A stretch of 59,912 nt of DNA, filler included. It is 3 parts of 3 records of this genome, joined end to end, with 100 filler letters (N's around TTAATTAATTAA, not from the genome) between each part and the next. Parts side by side here need not be neighbours in the genome. Positions count along the whole stretch, not along the records: positions 1 to 29,491 come from SRR22947725_2448; 2 more parts are not named here. One strand, given 5' to 3'. Both the position numbers and the translations under genes were made by a program. Of the stretch, positions 18,143 through 28,895 are shown one piece after another (positions within the stretch are counted from its first letter, which is position 1; each line of letters begins with the position of its first letter). The notes beneath the pieces were generated by a model. That model was not told the DNA's origin and made no database searches. It saw only the letters and a list, made by a program, of their open reading frames with translations.

Positions 18143-20071
18143 ATGATGAAAGTTTCTCATCTGCGCACGCTATGTTGTTTGCAAGCAGCTTGCTTGTTTT
18201 TTTGTTTCTCAGCGGATGCTGCTGTCCCCGCGCAGGGAAGTGCTCTGCTCAAGACAGATATTCTCGGGGTTTTTGCGCATCCAGATGATGAAACAGGCGT
18301 GGCCTCAACTCTGGCTCACTATGCGCTGGGTGAGGGGAAAACGATTGTAAACACCTACTGCACTCGCGGTGAGGGCGGGGGCAACATGGTAGGCACTCAA
18401 TACGGTCCATCGCTTGGCGTCCTGCGGGAAATCGAGTTACGCGATTGCCTGACTCAGCTGGGTGTAAGGCATTGGTATTTTCTGGAGCAGGTTGATTTTG
18501 CATATACCGAAAGTATCTGGGCTACTTTGAAACGTTGGAACAAAGAGGAAGCACTCGAGAGACTGGTGCGGATCATACGCAATCATCGGCCTGAAATTAT
18601 CGTGACCATGAATCCTACCCCTCGGCCCGGGCAACATGGCCATCATCAGGCTGCCGGTGTGCTGGCAACCGAAGCGTTTCGACTGGCGGCTGATCCCTCT
18701 GCATTTCCAAAACAAATCGAACGAGAAGGCATAAATCCCTGGCAAGTGCGCAAATTGTATTACGGAGGTTCCATGGGAGATCATCAAGCTGTGATCGAAT
18801 CCACCGCGGTCATCCAGGACGGTCTCTCCGCGGGGCAATTGGCAGGTGAGGCTCTTTCGAATCATCGTTCTCAAGGTTTTGGCCGCATGCGGGGAGCGAC
18901 ATGGCTCCAACGGCCCCGGACTTTTTCACTCGTCCATTCGGTCGTTCCGTTCATGATTGAAGAAAGGGATTTGTTCCGGGGCTTGCCGTTCAAGATTGAT
19001 GACTTGACGCCGCCGCTGATTTTATCACCAGCAACCAAGCTTCCGCGCGCTGCCCCTTTGAAACTTCGGTTTGTGACGCGTCCGGGGATTGAGCGTTACA
19101 AGGCATGGGCACGGGAACAGTTCATTGAACATCTTTCCCAGCAATTCGACCCGGATGTTCCCTTAGTGGCAGGTGAATGGAATGATGTAGTTTTAGAAAT
19201 AGGTAACCCAGGCAAGGACCCTGTCGAAGGTGAAGTGAGGTTTCACTTGCCGAAGGATTGGCGTGTAGATCCCATCGTTGTACCATATTCGCTCAAGGGG
19301 CATCTCGACATTGAAACATCCGTCAGAGTGAAACCTCCAGCAGGCCTTCCAGCGGATGGAAGCATCCGTATGAGGTCCGAAGTGAACGGGATTTCCGTTG
19401 CAACAGAGGCCAATCTTCACCCTGTCCCCACAGTGGAAATATCGAGGATGCCCGATGGAGGTCTGGATTGGGATAGTCCCTTCTGGGCCAGAGTAAAGCC
19501 ACTGCGTATTCTACCCGAACACAAGGTTCAAGGAAAAGCAGACGGTCCACAGGACAGCAGCGCTCTGGTGAAGTTGGCTCATGACCGAGCCTTTGTTTAC
19601 ATCGAAGCTGATGTCATGGATGATCGAGTTGTTTCGAATATCGAACCCAATGATATCCGGGGGCACTGGCGGAGTGATTCAGTGGAGGTTTGCCTGGATC
19701 CGGTGGGGGGAGCTGAGGATAGTTTTTCAACATTCAAAATAGGGATATTTCCCTTTGATGCCCTTGGGCAGGTACGAGCCGCTCGCGACGCTGATTCCAA
19801 TCAGGGGCCTGTCGAAGAAACCGCACCGGGAACTGAACTCATTTCACTGCGAACAGATCATGGTTATTTGATCAGGGTGAAAATTCCGTTCAATGAGATC
19901 GGGGATGACATTGTCTCCGGCAGTCGCCTGGGTTTTAATATCATCATTTACGATGGGGATAAAACGGATGCTGAGCCTGGTGAAAATATCAATGAATCGC
20001 GACTGGCCTGGGCTCCTCGGTCTGGCGTGCAGGGGCGGCCTGAAGATTGGGGTCGGGTCGACCTCGAGTAA
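18143..20071 (+). CDS. Secreted PIG-L family deacetylase with Ig-like (NEW3-like) and CBM9-like domains
   Basis: Signal peptide; AHPDDE, TRGEGG, HGHH and H.SQ motifs; C-terminal D..E..LD / GFNIIIYD.D pattern of CBM9/DOMON type. Confidence 0.8.
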   Translation: MMKVSHLRTLCCLQAACLFFCFSADAAVPAQGSALLKTDILGVFAHPDDETGVASTLAHYALGEGKTIVNTYCTRGEGGGNMVGTQYGPSLGVLREIELRDCLTQLGVRHWYFLEQVDFAYTESIWATLKRWNKEEALERLVRIIRNHRPEIIVTMNPTPRPGQHGHHQAAGVLATEAFRLAADPSAFPKQIEREGINPWQVRKLYYGGSMGDHQAVIESTAVIQDGLSAGQLAGEALSNHRSQGFGRMRGATWLQRPRTFSLVHSVVPFMIEERDLFRGLPFKIDDLTPPLILSPATKLPRAAPLKLRFVTRPGIERYKAWAREQFIEHLSQQFDPDVPLVAGEWNDVVLEIGNPGKDPVEGEVRFHLPKDWRVDPIVVPYSLKGHLDIETSVRVKPPAGLPADGSIRMRSEVNGISVATEANLHPVPTVEISRMPDGGLDWDSPFWARVKPLRILPEHKVQGKADGPQDSSALVKLAHDRAFVYIEADVMDDRVVSNIEPNDIRGHWRSDSVEVCLDPVGGAEDSFSTFKIGIFPFDALGQVRAARDADSNQGPVEETAPGTELISLRTDHGYLIRVKIPFNEIGDDIVSGSRLGFNIIIYDGDKTDAEPGENINESRLAWAPRSGVQGRPEDWGRVDLE

Positions 20072-20088
20072 CTGCTTTCAATCCAACC

Positions 20089-20901
20089 ATGTTGCGGCTT
20101 CACAATATCAATGACACAGAGTGCCCGGAATTGGCTCCGTATCGTTCCATGCGCAAAATGAGCGACCAGCTGGGTCAAGGGCTTTTTGTGGCTGAGGGCC
20201 TAAAGGTCGTCACTCGTCTGCTGGAAACGGATTTTAACATTCACTCACTGCTGCTCACTCAACACTGGTTCGACTCACTGAGAGAAAAACTTGAGAAGCG
20301 TCAGGAATCCATGGATGTTTTTATCACGGATAAAAAAGGAATCGAAAAACTGACCGGTTTCGGTTGCTTCCAGGCTATCAAAGCCGTTGCAAATGTCCCG
20401 GCTTCTCCTGATCTCGGCGCGCTTTTTCAATCCTCCATTCCCCTTCGTTTTTTTGTTGCCATTGACGGGCTTAGCAATGCTGAAAATGTGGGAGCACTGG
20501 TTCGTAGCGCCGTTGGATTTGGTGCTCAAGCGATCATTGTCGGGCAAAATTCCTGCAGTCCCTACATTCGGCGAGCGGTGCATGCCAGTATGGGAACGGT
20601 CTTTAAAATACCTGTGTTTCATTCCAGTAATTTGACAGAAACTATTGATTTCCTGCGTCAGAAGAGGGTCAGGATGGTTGCAGCTCATCCTCACACGGAT
20701 AAAGTGGCTTTACATCAGGCAAATTTCAATCAGGACGTCTGCGTGATTCTTGGAAGCGAGGGGGATGGGCTTTCAGAAGAAATCCTGGCATGCTGCGATG
20801 ATCAGGTATTGATTCCGATGGCTCATGATACGGATTCGCTGAACGTGGCGAGCGCCGCTTCTGTTTTCTTTTACGAGGTGATGCGGCAGAGAATCTCCTA
20901 A
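20089..20901 (+). CDS. TrmH/SpoU family RNA 2'-O-methyltransferase
   Basis: N.GA..RSA, ILGSEG.GL and IPM...DSLNVASA SPOUT motifs; start placed at ATG 20089. Confidence 0.92.
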   Translation: MLRLHNINDTECPELAPYRSMRKMSDQLGQGLFVAEGLKVVTRLLETDFNIHSLLLTQHWFDSLREKLEKRQESMDVFITDKKGIEKLTGFGCFQAIKAVANVPASPDLGALFQSSIPLRFFVAIDGLSNAENVGALVRSAVGFGAQAIIVGQNSCSPYIRRAVHASMGTVFKIPVFHSSNLTETIDFLRQKRVRMVAAHPHTDKVALHQANFNQDVCVILGSEGDGLSEEILACCDDQVLIPMAHDTDSLNVASAASVFFYEVMRQRIS

Positions 20902-21069
20902 TCAAATTTGACTGCTGTCACTTTCTGAACCCAGTCTTGACGTCGATTTGAATTTTTGGTGACAGAAGTTGCAAATTGGTAGTTTCCGCGTTATCTCTAA
21001 TTGTGATACAGGTTCATTTCATTCCTGGTTTGAGACCAGCAGATAACCTAATTTATTAAATTTTCTCTT

Positions 21070-21756
21070 ATGTTTTGGATCGTTCTCATTGGAACTTTGG
21101 TGATTGGATTTTGGGCGCAGGCCAAAGTCAAACGCTGTTTTGCACACTACAGCCAAATTCGGGCACACAACGGCTACAGCGGGGGCGATGTTGCCGCTCA
21201 GATCCTTCGGTCTGCCGGGATACATGATGTCGGCATACATGTTCAACGCGGGCAGCTCAACGATCATTACGATCCTATTCGCAAGCGTCTGGTTCTCTCT
21301 GATCAAAATTACCACGGCACGTCCATTTCTGCGATTGCTGTTGCAGCCCATGAATGCGGTCATGCCTTGCAGCACCAACAGTCCTACGGCCCTCTCAAGT
21401 TTAGGATGGCATCTGTTGGGATCACTTCTTTCGCCAATGGCATGCTTACCTGGATCATGATCGGCGGGTTATTCCTTGGATTAATTCCGTTTCAAATCGC
21501 GCTGCCAATACTGGCACTATGCTGGGGAGTCATCATGGCTTTCAATCTGGTCACGCTTCCCGTTGAATTCGATGCTTCTCGAAGGGCCAAAGTGGTCCTC
21601 AACCAGATGGGTTTTACATCCACATCCACTGAAGATGAAGGTGTTTCCAAGGTGCTCAACGCGGCTGCGTTTACTTACGTAGCAGCCTTTATTTCCAGTT
21701 TGGGTTGGTTTCTTTACTACATCCTTCCTTTCGTGACGGGCGGTAGCGACGATTAA
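21070..21756 (+). CDS. YugP-like neutral zinc metallopeptidase (membrane)
   Basis: DHYDP, AAHECGHA (HExxH), TLPVEFDASRRA and AAAFTYVAA motifs. Confidence 0.92.
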   Translation: MFWIVLIGTLVIGFWAQAKVKRCFAHYSQIRAHNGYSGGDVAAQILRSAGIHDVGIHVQRGQLNDHYDPIRKRLVLSDQNYHGTSISAIAVAAHECGHALQHQQSYGPLKFRMASVGITSFANGMLTWIMIGGLFLGLIPFQIALPILALCWGVIMAFNLVTLPVEFDASRRAKVVLNQMGFTSTSTEDEGVSKVLNAAAFTYVAAFISSLGWFLYYILPFVTGGSDD

Positions 21757-21783
21757 GCAGCACTCCAACAGCCGCTAGACAAC

Positions 21784-22890
21784 ATGTCCTGGTCCTTTAG
21801 AATTTTCCAGATTGCGGGCGTAGGCGTTTATTTACATGTAACCTTCATCCTTTTATTGGTGGTTGTTGGTTTTGCCGAAGTGAGTGCTTCGGACTCCGTT
21901 CTTACGGCTGTCATTGGCATCTTATCCTTCCTTGCTCTATTTGCATGCGTGCTGGCGCATGAATTCGGTCACATCCTGATGGCACGCCATTTTGGAGTTG
22001 GGACTCGTGATGTCACGTTGCTGCCCATAGGTGGAGTCGCCCGTCTGGAAAAAATTCCAGAGAAACCTTCACAGGAATTATGGGTAGCTCTGGCCGGCCC
22101 TGCCGTCAATGTTGTGATTGTCTGTCTACTATTCATCTGGATTCTACTGGTAGAGGGAGTAAGCGCAGATTTTCAAAGTATCTTCACTCACGAGGGGGGC
22201 GTCAATCTAATGACTGTCAATCTGATCATGATAGGATTCAATCTGCTACCGGCGTTCCCCATGGATGGAGGGAGGGTCCTGAGGGCTTTTCTGGCATCAC
22301 GGATGGATTATGCAAAAGCCACACGGATTGCTGCTTCATTGGGGCGTTTGATGGCCCTTCTTTTCGTTTTTGCTGGTTTATTCTGGATCAAGAATCCATT
22401 TCTTATCTTCATTGCACTTGTGGTTTGGTTTGGTGCCGGGCAAGAAGCACGATGGGCTGTTTCGAAGCATCAACGGCAGGGGAATACAATCAGACATTTC
22501 ATGATACGCGACTTTTACACAGCTCACACCGCCTGCACTTTGCTGCAAATGACTAATCGGATTCTTGCGGGCAAGCAGACTGAGTTTCCAGTGACGAATG
22601 ATCGTGATGAATTGGTGGGAATGATAGGAATTCACAATGTTCTTGATGGATTAAAAAATCATCCACCATCCACGCATGTCGATACCATCATGACAACCGA
22701 ACTCAAAACAGTAGAGGCAGATCAGTCATTGGAGTCGACCATGACCCAATACCAGAGGCATCCGGGGATGCTACTGCCTGTGCTGGATCAGACTCGGCTT
22801 GTCGGCTTGTTGCCGCTGGGAAACATTTCTGACCTGAGCTTAGCTCGTCGCGTATTCGTGGAGGAACTTGCACTGTTAAATCTGCGATAA
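21784..22890 (+). CDS. Site-2 protease (M50) with CBS domains
   Basis: HEFGH, LLPIGGVA, AGPAVN and NLLPAFPMDGGR motifs; C-terminal CBS pair. Confidence 0.93.
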   Translation: MSWSFRIFQIAGVGVYLHVTFILLLVVVGFAEVSASDSVLTAVIGILSFLALFACVLAHEFGHILMARHFGVGTRDVTLLPIGGVARLEKIPEKPSQELWVALAGPAVNVVIVCLLFIWILLVEGVSADFQSIFTHEGGVNLMTVNLIMIGFNLLPAFPMDGGRVLRAFLASRMDYAKATRIAASLGRLMALLFVFAGLFWIKNPFLIFIALVVWFGAGQEARWAVSKHQRQGNTIRHFMIRDFYTAHTACTLLQMTNRILAGKQTEFPVTNDRDELVGMIGIHNVLDGLKNHPPSTHVDTIMTTELKTVEADQSLESTMTQYQRHPGMLLPVLDQTRLVGLLPLGNISDLSLARRVFVEELALLNLR

Positions 22891-22933
22891 ATTCCCGTTG
22901 ATTAATGGTGATTGATATCGGCAAACTTAAACT

Positions 22934-24112
22934 GTGAACAAGAAGCATTCCAAATCATGTCCGCTTTCTTCTTTCCCCCGATTAAATCCAGGGGGAATCA
23001 GTAAAAATATGAAAGCTGCTGATCTTATTGATGAAACATTTCTAGCATACAATGGGGGGCGCTTAAGAGAAGCTGCTCGACTTTTGACGGACAAAATGTT
23101 GCCTGTAAACGGTTACGTTGGGATGAGTCTTACAGGGGCATTGACACCGGCCGGATTGGGGAAGTCCTGCCTGATTCCATGGATGAAGGCTGGTTTCGTT
23201 GACTGGGTAGTATCCACAGGAGCCAATTTATATCATGATCTTCACTACGGTCTGGACCTCTCCCTTCATCAAGGATCACCGTTTTTAGACGATGTGGACT
23301 TGCACAAACATGGCGTGATTCGCATCTACGATGTGATTTTTGATTATAACGTTCTTCTCGATACCGATGCCTTTGTGAGAAGTGTCATTCAAGGGCCGGA
23401 GTTTCAACGTTCTCTTGGAACAGACGAATTTCATTATCTACTGGGCAAGTATGTTGATGCCAGAGCCAAGGCATTGAATCTGAAGGATACATCTGTGCTG
23501 GCCACAGCTTACAGGTATGGGATTCCGATTTTTACAAGCAGTCCGGGAGACAGTTCGATCGGAATGAACGTGGCGGCCATGTCCTTGCGAGACCAGGCTG
23601 TTAGTTTCGATACAAACCGCGATGTCAATCAGACCGCGTCCATTGTTTATGCAGCGAAATCGACAGGTCATACATCTTCCGTTTTTATTTTAGGTGGTGG
23701 GTCTCCAAAGAATTTCATGTTGCAGACTGAACCTCAGATTCAGGAAATCATGGGGATTGAAGAGAAAGGGCATGATTACTTTCTTCAATGTACAGATGCT
23801 CGGCCTGATACAGGCGGCCTGAGTGGGGCGACTCCTGCAGAGGCGGTCAGCTGGGGGAAAGTGGACCCGGCGACGCTGCCTGACTGTGTCGTGGCCTATG
23901 TCGATACAACGGTCTCGCTGCCACTGCTCACTGCTTATTGCCTTTCCAGAAGTCCAAGGAGAAAACATAAGCGGCTCTACAACCATCGTGATACCATGTT
24001 GAATACGTTGAAATCTGCGTATCTGAAAGTGGGATCTGTATCCAAAACAAGCATCGGAAGGAAAGGGGTCCAAAAAGCCAATGACATTGGGAAGAAACAC
24101 AAAGCCAAATAA
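22934..24112 (+). CDS. Deoxyhypusine synthase-like protein (probable homospermidine synthase, SpeY-like)
   Basis: [22 protein letters not shown] and [16 protein letters not shown] (catalytic Lys) motifs. Confidence 0.88.
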   Translation: MNKKHSKSCPLSSFPRLNPGGISKNMKAADLIDETFLAYNGGRLREAARLLTDKMLPVNGYVGMSLTGALTPAGLGKSCLIPWMKAGFVDWVVSTGANLYHDLHYGLDLSLHQGSPFLDDVDLHKHGVIRIYDVIFDYNVLLDTDAFVRSVIQGPEFQRSLGTDEFHYLLGKYVDARAKALNLKDTSVLATAYRYGIPIFTSSPGDSSIGMNVAAMSLRDQAVSFDTNRDVNQTASIVYAAKSTGHTSSVFILGGGSPKNFMLQTEPQIQEIMGIEEKGHDYFLQCTDARPDTGGLSGATPAEAVSWGKVDPATLPDCVVAYVDTTVSLPLLTAYCLSRSPRRKHKRLYNHRDTMLNTLKSAYLKVGSVSKTSIGRKGVQKANDIGKKHKAK

Positions 24113-24179
24113 AAGGTTGGTAGCGTTCTTTCCGGGATTTACTTTCCAATCATCACCCAGTACCAACGATCTTCTCAAT

Positions 24180-24938
24180 ATGAACCCACGCATCTTTTCT
24201 TTTCTCTTTTTATTCGTGTCGCTTCTGGTGGCTGCCGAAGGAAACCGTTCATTGCGGATCATGACCTACAATATTCATCACGCCGAAGGGGTGGACGGAA
24301 AAGTGGACTACGAACGCATCGCAGCCATTATCCGTAAAGCCGACCCTCACATTGTTGCCCTGCAGGAAGTTGATCGTGAGACCTTACGCACCCAGCAGGT
24401 GGATCAAGCAAAGCGACTGGCCGATCTCTTGGACTATCAGGTTGTTTTTGGAAAGGCCTTGAATTTTCAAGGAGGTGCCTATGGGCTCGCCATCATGGCT
24501 CGCGGTAACATCCATTCAAAATGCACGTTCGCCCTTCCTTATCGCATAGGTCAAGAGCCACGGATCGTGCTGGAAGCAAAGATTGAATTAGGCGACGATT
24601 GGCCTTTGATTCAGTTATTCAACGCTCATCTCTGTCATCTAAGCGCCGAGACTCGTTTGGAGCAGGTTCAACGCATGATTCAGATCATCCCCAAGAATAC
24701 AGACAATCTCACGCTGCTTGCGGGTGACTTTAATGCACGGCCCCAGACCGCACCCATGGATTTACTTTGGAAACAAGGATGGAATGATTGTCTTGAAACC
24801 CATGACGGGATCGATTACCTGCTTTCATCACCCGGAGCCAAGGTCCAGCTCAAATCATCTCGCATCATACAGGCTCCCTTAGCCTCGGATCATAATCCAG
24901 TTTTTGCCGAGCTGATTTTGAACGAAGATTTCAAATAG
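24180..24938 (+). CDS. Endonuclease/exonuclease/phosphatase (EEP) family, secreted
   Basis: MTYNI, ALQEVD, HL, GDFN, IDY and SDH motifs; signal peptide from ATG 24180. Confidence 0.88.
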   Translation: MNPRIFSFLFLFVSLLVAAEGNRSLRIMTYNIHHAEGVDGKVDYERIAAIIRKADPHIVALQEVDRETLRTQQVDQAKRLADLLDYQVVFGKALNFQGGAYGLAIMARGNIHSKCTFALPYRIGQEPRIVLEAKIELGDDWPLIQLFNAHLCHLSAETRLEQVQRMIQIIPKNTDNLTLLAGDFNARPQTAPMDLLWKQGWNDCLETHDGIDYLLSSPGAKVQLKSSRIIQAPLASDHNPVFAELILNEDFK

Positions 24939-25416
24939 AGGCGGATTTCAGAGGAGAGCATTCGAGTGCGTCGGGTAATTTGTCCAATATGAAAAGTCGT
25001 TGATTTCAATCAATACACCTCCAGCAAGGCCAGCCGCTCAATTGACAAAGAACCTGGCCTTACAATCTGTTTTTGGAAAAATGATGATCCTTCTCAATGA
25101 GTCGCGTTGGTCGAATCACCTTCGATTATGAACGCAATAAATCTACACTCAACAAGGGGGGCATTATCATTCAATCACTCTCGTTTCATCAATGTTCTCC
25201 CAGGAATAATAGTTGCCTTCATGAAGAGCTATCAGAATTGCCAGTATTTGGATCTCACCTTGTTTCGGTATAGGCAACGACCGAATTAGGAAAAAATGAA
25301 CTTTCACAACTCAGCTGATTTTTTCGCTGGTTGATTTGTGCCTCTCAAACAATGTAATTGCTTGAGCTCCACAAGCGGTCCCAATCGTTTATTTACATGC
25401 AGGATCCCAAGTTTAA

Positions 25417-28332
25417 TCAAACGGTTAACGAGTGGGTTTGGACCAACTCAGTCAGATTAATCTCTGCATCTTTAATTTCGCGCTGGATAACTTTGATCAA
25501 CACCCCCAAATCCTGCTTATTGAGATCTTTGGCAGAACCTTCAAGCTCAGCATTCAATTCTGCAAGTTCCTGAAGTCCGTTCATGCGGCAAATACTTTTC
25601 ATGCTGTGTCCAAATCTGGAAATGGCCTCCCGCTCATCAGTTTCAAAAATTTGTTCCAGTTCCTGACGTTTACCTGGCAGCATTTCGATCAGTGCTTGAG
25701 TCAGAGTCAGTGCAGCCTCCTTGCTTAGCTCACTGCAGAGTTTTTCAAAGGCCGACTCTGCATCCAATGGATATTTTTTGGTTTGATTTGAGTTTGAGTT
25801 TGATGCTCCCTGTTTTTCAGTTTGAAGTGCGACTTTCAGAGTTTCGATGACATCTTTTTTATAAATGGGTTTGCTGATGTAGTTGTCCATACCCGCCTCC
25901 AAGCACTTTTCACGATCTCCTTTAAGCGCAAAAGCGGTAATTGCGATGATGTAAGGGTTTTTCACCAATGAGCCTTTTGAGTAGAGCTTTCGGATTTCTC
26001 GCGTGGCCTCTATTCCGTCCATGACCGGCATCTGGCAGTCCATCAACAACACATCGTAAACCTTCTTCTTCACTGCTTCCACCGCCTCTAATCCGTTTCT
26101 TGCAATATCAGGAATAATACCCAGACGCTTCAGCAATATGGTCATTTGCTGAATATTAATCGGGTGATCTTCGACAAGCAAAACAGTGATACTCTTGTCA
26201 AAGAGTTCTGATTGTTTGGTAATGCCTCCTGACAAACTTTTCTGACTATCAGGAATTTCTTGAGCTCCTGTTGCTCGATGTATTTGTCCTGAGGCCTCAT
26301 AAGTCAGAGGACGGTAAAGGATTTCGTAATAAAAAGGGTAATCCTTACTCTTAGCGGCCTTTGATGTAGCTCGGGCGATGACGGTGACTTGAAATGTTTC
26401 GTTTTGTTCCTTGGCTTGCTTGAAGATTTCCTCGAGATTGCCCCATCCTGAGTGATCCAGTAAATTCTCGGAGAACATGAAATACTTGATTCCTTCCTTC
26501 AGTTGAATGGCTTCCTGAAGGCAGTCAAACCCTTCTTTGGGGTTGGCAAAAGATCTGCATTTCATCCCTTTCGTTTTTAGATGGTTTTCAATCACTTCCC
26601 TTTCCATTGAGTTGGGTATGACCGTAATGGCTTTTTTACCAAAGATAGAGGATCTGGGCTTGGGTTGCTTCTTCGTATCAGTCTCGAACGGCACTTCCAC
26701 TCTGAAGCTGCTTCCTTGGCCATGTGTGGACTCAACCTCAATCTTGCCATGCATCATATTGACCAACTGACTGCAAATGGAAAGCCCCAGACCGGTTCCT
26801 TGCTGATTGTGGCTGCCAAATCTACCCAGCTGAGTGAATGGTTTGAAAATGTCATTCAAACGTTCCGGAGGAATTCCGACACCTGTATCTGAAACTTCAA
26901 AATACACGATGGGGGATTCCTCAGATGATTCGTCTGTGATCCCAACTCTAACCTCAACTGAGCCTTCCTCGGTGAATTTGATGGCATTACCCACCAGATT
27001 GATAAGGATTTGTCTTAAGCGTGAACCATCTCCAATCCAATTGTTTGGTAATTCCGTATGCACCAAGACTTCAAAATCCAGGTTTTTCTTGGTCGCTGCA
27101 TAGGACATTAGCAAAACGACTTCATCGGTAAGTTTTCTCAATTCGAATGGCTTTAATTCAAGTTCGAATCGATCGGATTGGATTTTGGAAAGATCTAAGA
27201 CATCGTTGATTATTTTTACGAGCGATTCGGAGCTGACCCTGATCAATGATATATAATTTCGCTGCTCTCTTTCGAGTTTGGTATCCATCAGGATTTCAAG
27301 CATGCCAATGATTCCGTTCATCGGTGTGCGAATCTCATGGCTCACAGTAGCCAGAAATTCACTCATGGCAGCATTGGCCAGCTCAGCCTTGACTTTGGCC
27401 GCATGCAAACTGTCCTCAGTAAGTTTTTGTGCGGTAATGTCTGTTTCAACCGCAATAAAATTGGTCAACTCCGCCTTTGAATCCAATATGGGCTGAACCT
27501 CAATTCGAATCCAATACCTTCGTCCAGACTTGGAATAGTTGATAATTTCCACATTGAACCCCTCATGGTTTTTGAGGCAATCGTTCATGTGTTTTACGGT
27601 TTTCTGATCTGTTTCAGGTCCCTGAAGTAACTTTCCTGGGGTGATTCCCTTGACCTCGTTCAAATTGAATTCTGTAAGTTTCTCAAAACTTTCATTGACC
27701 CATTCAATTTCTCCGCGATCGTTGGTGATGATCACTGCATTGTCAGTGCGGCTTGCCACGTGGGCCAGCTTCCTTGCCTCCGAGGCTTGTATCTCCAACT
27801 CTTGCTGCGTCTTCAGCACAGTTCGGTTTTGTTCCTCAAGAGAATGGTTGGCTTCCTTGAGGGATGCCTTCTGCTGTGAAAGTTTGTTGACCAAAGCCTT
27901 GATCTCTCCACTTGCCATGCGTTCGGATTGGATGACGTTGAGCAAATCCAAGATTGGGTCGTGTACTGCAAAATCCGCCAAATCGAGGTCAAGCGCAATT
28001 AGGTTGTCCGGTGATTGCACCCAAGGAGATGCGGCAAGAAAAAAACTGCTGTCAGGCATTCCGATCAGTTGGCCACGAAGGGTCAAATCCTCGCTGACTG
28101 ATTTTAGAAGATACAGCTTTTTTTCCAAATCCGGTGAACTTAAATCAATGGGCAAAACCCCTCCTCGTTCCTTCATAAAGAGGCTGTTTACATTGATTCC
28201 AATCGTTGAGTGAGGTAGTAATTTCTTCAGGGATCGACCTACAGAAATGATTTGGCAATTCGAATTAATCCAAATGTAGAAAGGGAAGAGCTTCTCCAGG
28301 GTGCTGAATGGAATGTTTGATTCACTGCTCAT
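25417..28332 (-). CDS. Hybrid sensor histidine kinase: HNOBA - PAS - HisKA - HATPase - pseudo-REC - REC - Hpt
   Basis: HNOBA: LFPFYI...LTLRGQLI...SPWV...DFAVHD...DLL. Kinase: [39 protein letters not shown]...MDCQMP..KP. Hpt: GHSMKS. ATG 28332 overlaps the H-NOX TGA. Confidence 0.92.
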   Translation of the reverse strand: MSSESNIPFSTLEKLFPFYIWINSNCQIISVGRSLKKLLPHSTIGINVNSLFMKERGGVLPIDLSSPDLEKKLYLLKSVSEDLTLRGQLIGMPDSSFFLAASPWVQSPDNLIALDLDLADFAVHDPILDLLNVIQSERMASGEIKALVNKLSQQKASLKEANHSLEEQNRTVLKTQQELEIQASEARKLAHVASRTDNAVIITNDRGEIEWVNESFEKLTEFNLNEVKGITPGKLLQGPETDQKTVKHMNDCLKNHEGFNVEIINYSKSGRRYWIRIEVQPILDSKAELTNFIAVETDITAQKLTEDSLHAAKVKAELANAAMSEFLATVSHEIRTPMNGIIGMLEILMDTKLEREQRNYISLIRVSSESLVKIINDVLDLSKIQSDRFELELKPFELRKLTDEVVLLMSYAATKKNLDFEVLVHTELPNNWIGDGSRLRQILINLVGNAIKFTEEGSVEVRVGITDESSEESPIVYFEVSDTGVGIPPERLNDIFKPFTQLGRFGSHNQQGTGLGLSICSQLVNMMHGKIEVESTHGQGSSFRVEVPFETDTKKQPKPRSSIFGKKAITVIPNSMEREVIENHLKTKGMKCRSFANPKEGFDCLQEAIQLKEGIKYFMFSENLLDHSGWGNLEEIFKQAKEQNETFQVTVIARATSKAAKSKDYPFYYEILYRPLTYEASGQIHRATGAQEIPDSQKSLSGGITKQSELFDKSITVLLVEDHPINIQQMTILLKRLGIIPDIARNGLEAVEAVKKKVYDVLLMDCQMPVMDGIEATREIRKLYSKGSLVKNPYIIAITAFALKGDREKCLEAGMDNYISKPIYKKDVIETLKVALQTEKQGASNSNSNQTKKYPLDAESAFEKLCSELSKEAALTLTQALIEMLPGKRQELEQIFETDEREAISRFGHSMKSICRMNGLQELAELNAELEGSAKDLNKQDLGVLIKVIQREIKDAEINLTELVQTHSLTV

Positions 28333-28895
28333 GAAACCGGTTCCCAACTAATGATAAATAACCTTTGGCTGACTCCTTCAACAGGTTGATCGCTTTCGGA
28401 TTTACATTGATCGATCTTTATTTCGATTTTGTGGCGCTTGGCTAACGCTTCGAGAATACCCACAACAAACATTTCAAGACCTTCACGAGTTGATTCGTAG
28501 ATCAAATGTATACTGTTCTTTTCTTCCTTTAAAATACTAAAGCTGGGCGGCTCGAGGTTTGGGAAAATCATAGCGACTCGCCGATGGAAATTAGGCAGGT
28601 TTTTCATGAATTCAACAAAGCTGTTTCCGCCTGCGTCCATCATTGCTCCATAATGTTGCACTGCAACCTCATTGATCCAGTAATGCCCCAACAACCTCAG
28701 TAACTCGGAGGCAGGCTGATTCACAATTTCCGAAGTCGCCACCAGCAAGTCGTAAGTCAGGCTATCCTTGTATGATTCATTACTAATGAACATTTCCACA
28801 TCGACATTGGCTCGCTCCTTTATCTGGTCCCAAGTTTCTTCGCCGTAGTTTTCTATTACCAGACCCTGAACTGCTTTATTAACCAAACCATATAT
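28329..28895 (-). CDS. H-NOX (heme NO-binding, HNOB) protein
   Basis: (I)YGLVNKA N-terminus, proximal His in NFHRRV, PP.F and the YxSxR heme motif (YESTR). Homology extends to an ATA codon at 28895. Confidence 0.93.
   Translation of the reverse strand: MYGLVNKAVQGLVIENYGEETWDQIKERANVDVEMFISNESYKDSLTYDLLVATSEIVNQPASELLRLLGHYWINEVAVQHYGAMMDAGGNSFVEFMKNLPNFHRRVAMIFPNLEPPSFSILKEEKNSIHLIYESTREGLEMFVVGILEALAKRHKIEIKIDQCKSESDQPVEGVSQRLFIISWEPVS

Noticed and set aside
20915-20965. CTGTCAC...GTGACAG inverted repeat upstream of the Zn protease genes
   Set aside because: Only 7 bp with a long spacer; does not match CIRCE or another operator I can name.
25107-25289. 60-aa ORF in the gap beside the kinase
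   Set aside because: No motif or clear start signal; cannot be supported.
26300-26640. Second functional receiver domain in the hybrid kinase
   Set aside because: Lacks the acidic pocket and phospho-Asp; treated as a pseudo-receiver, which is common in such kinases.
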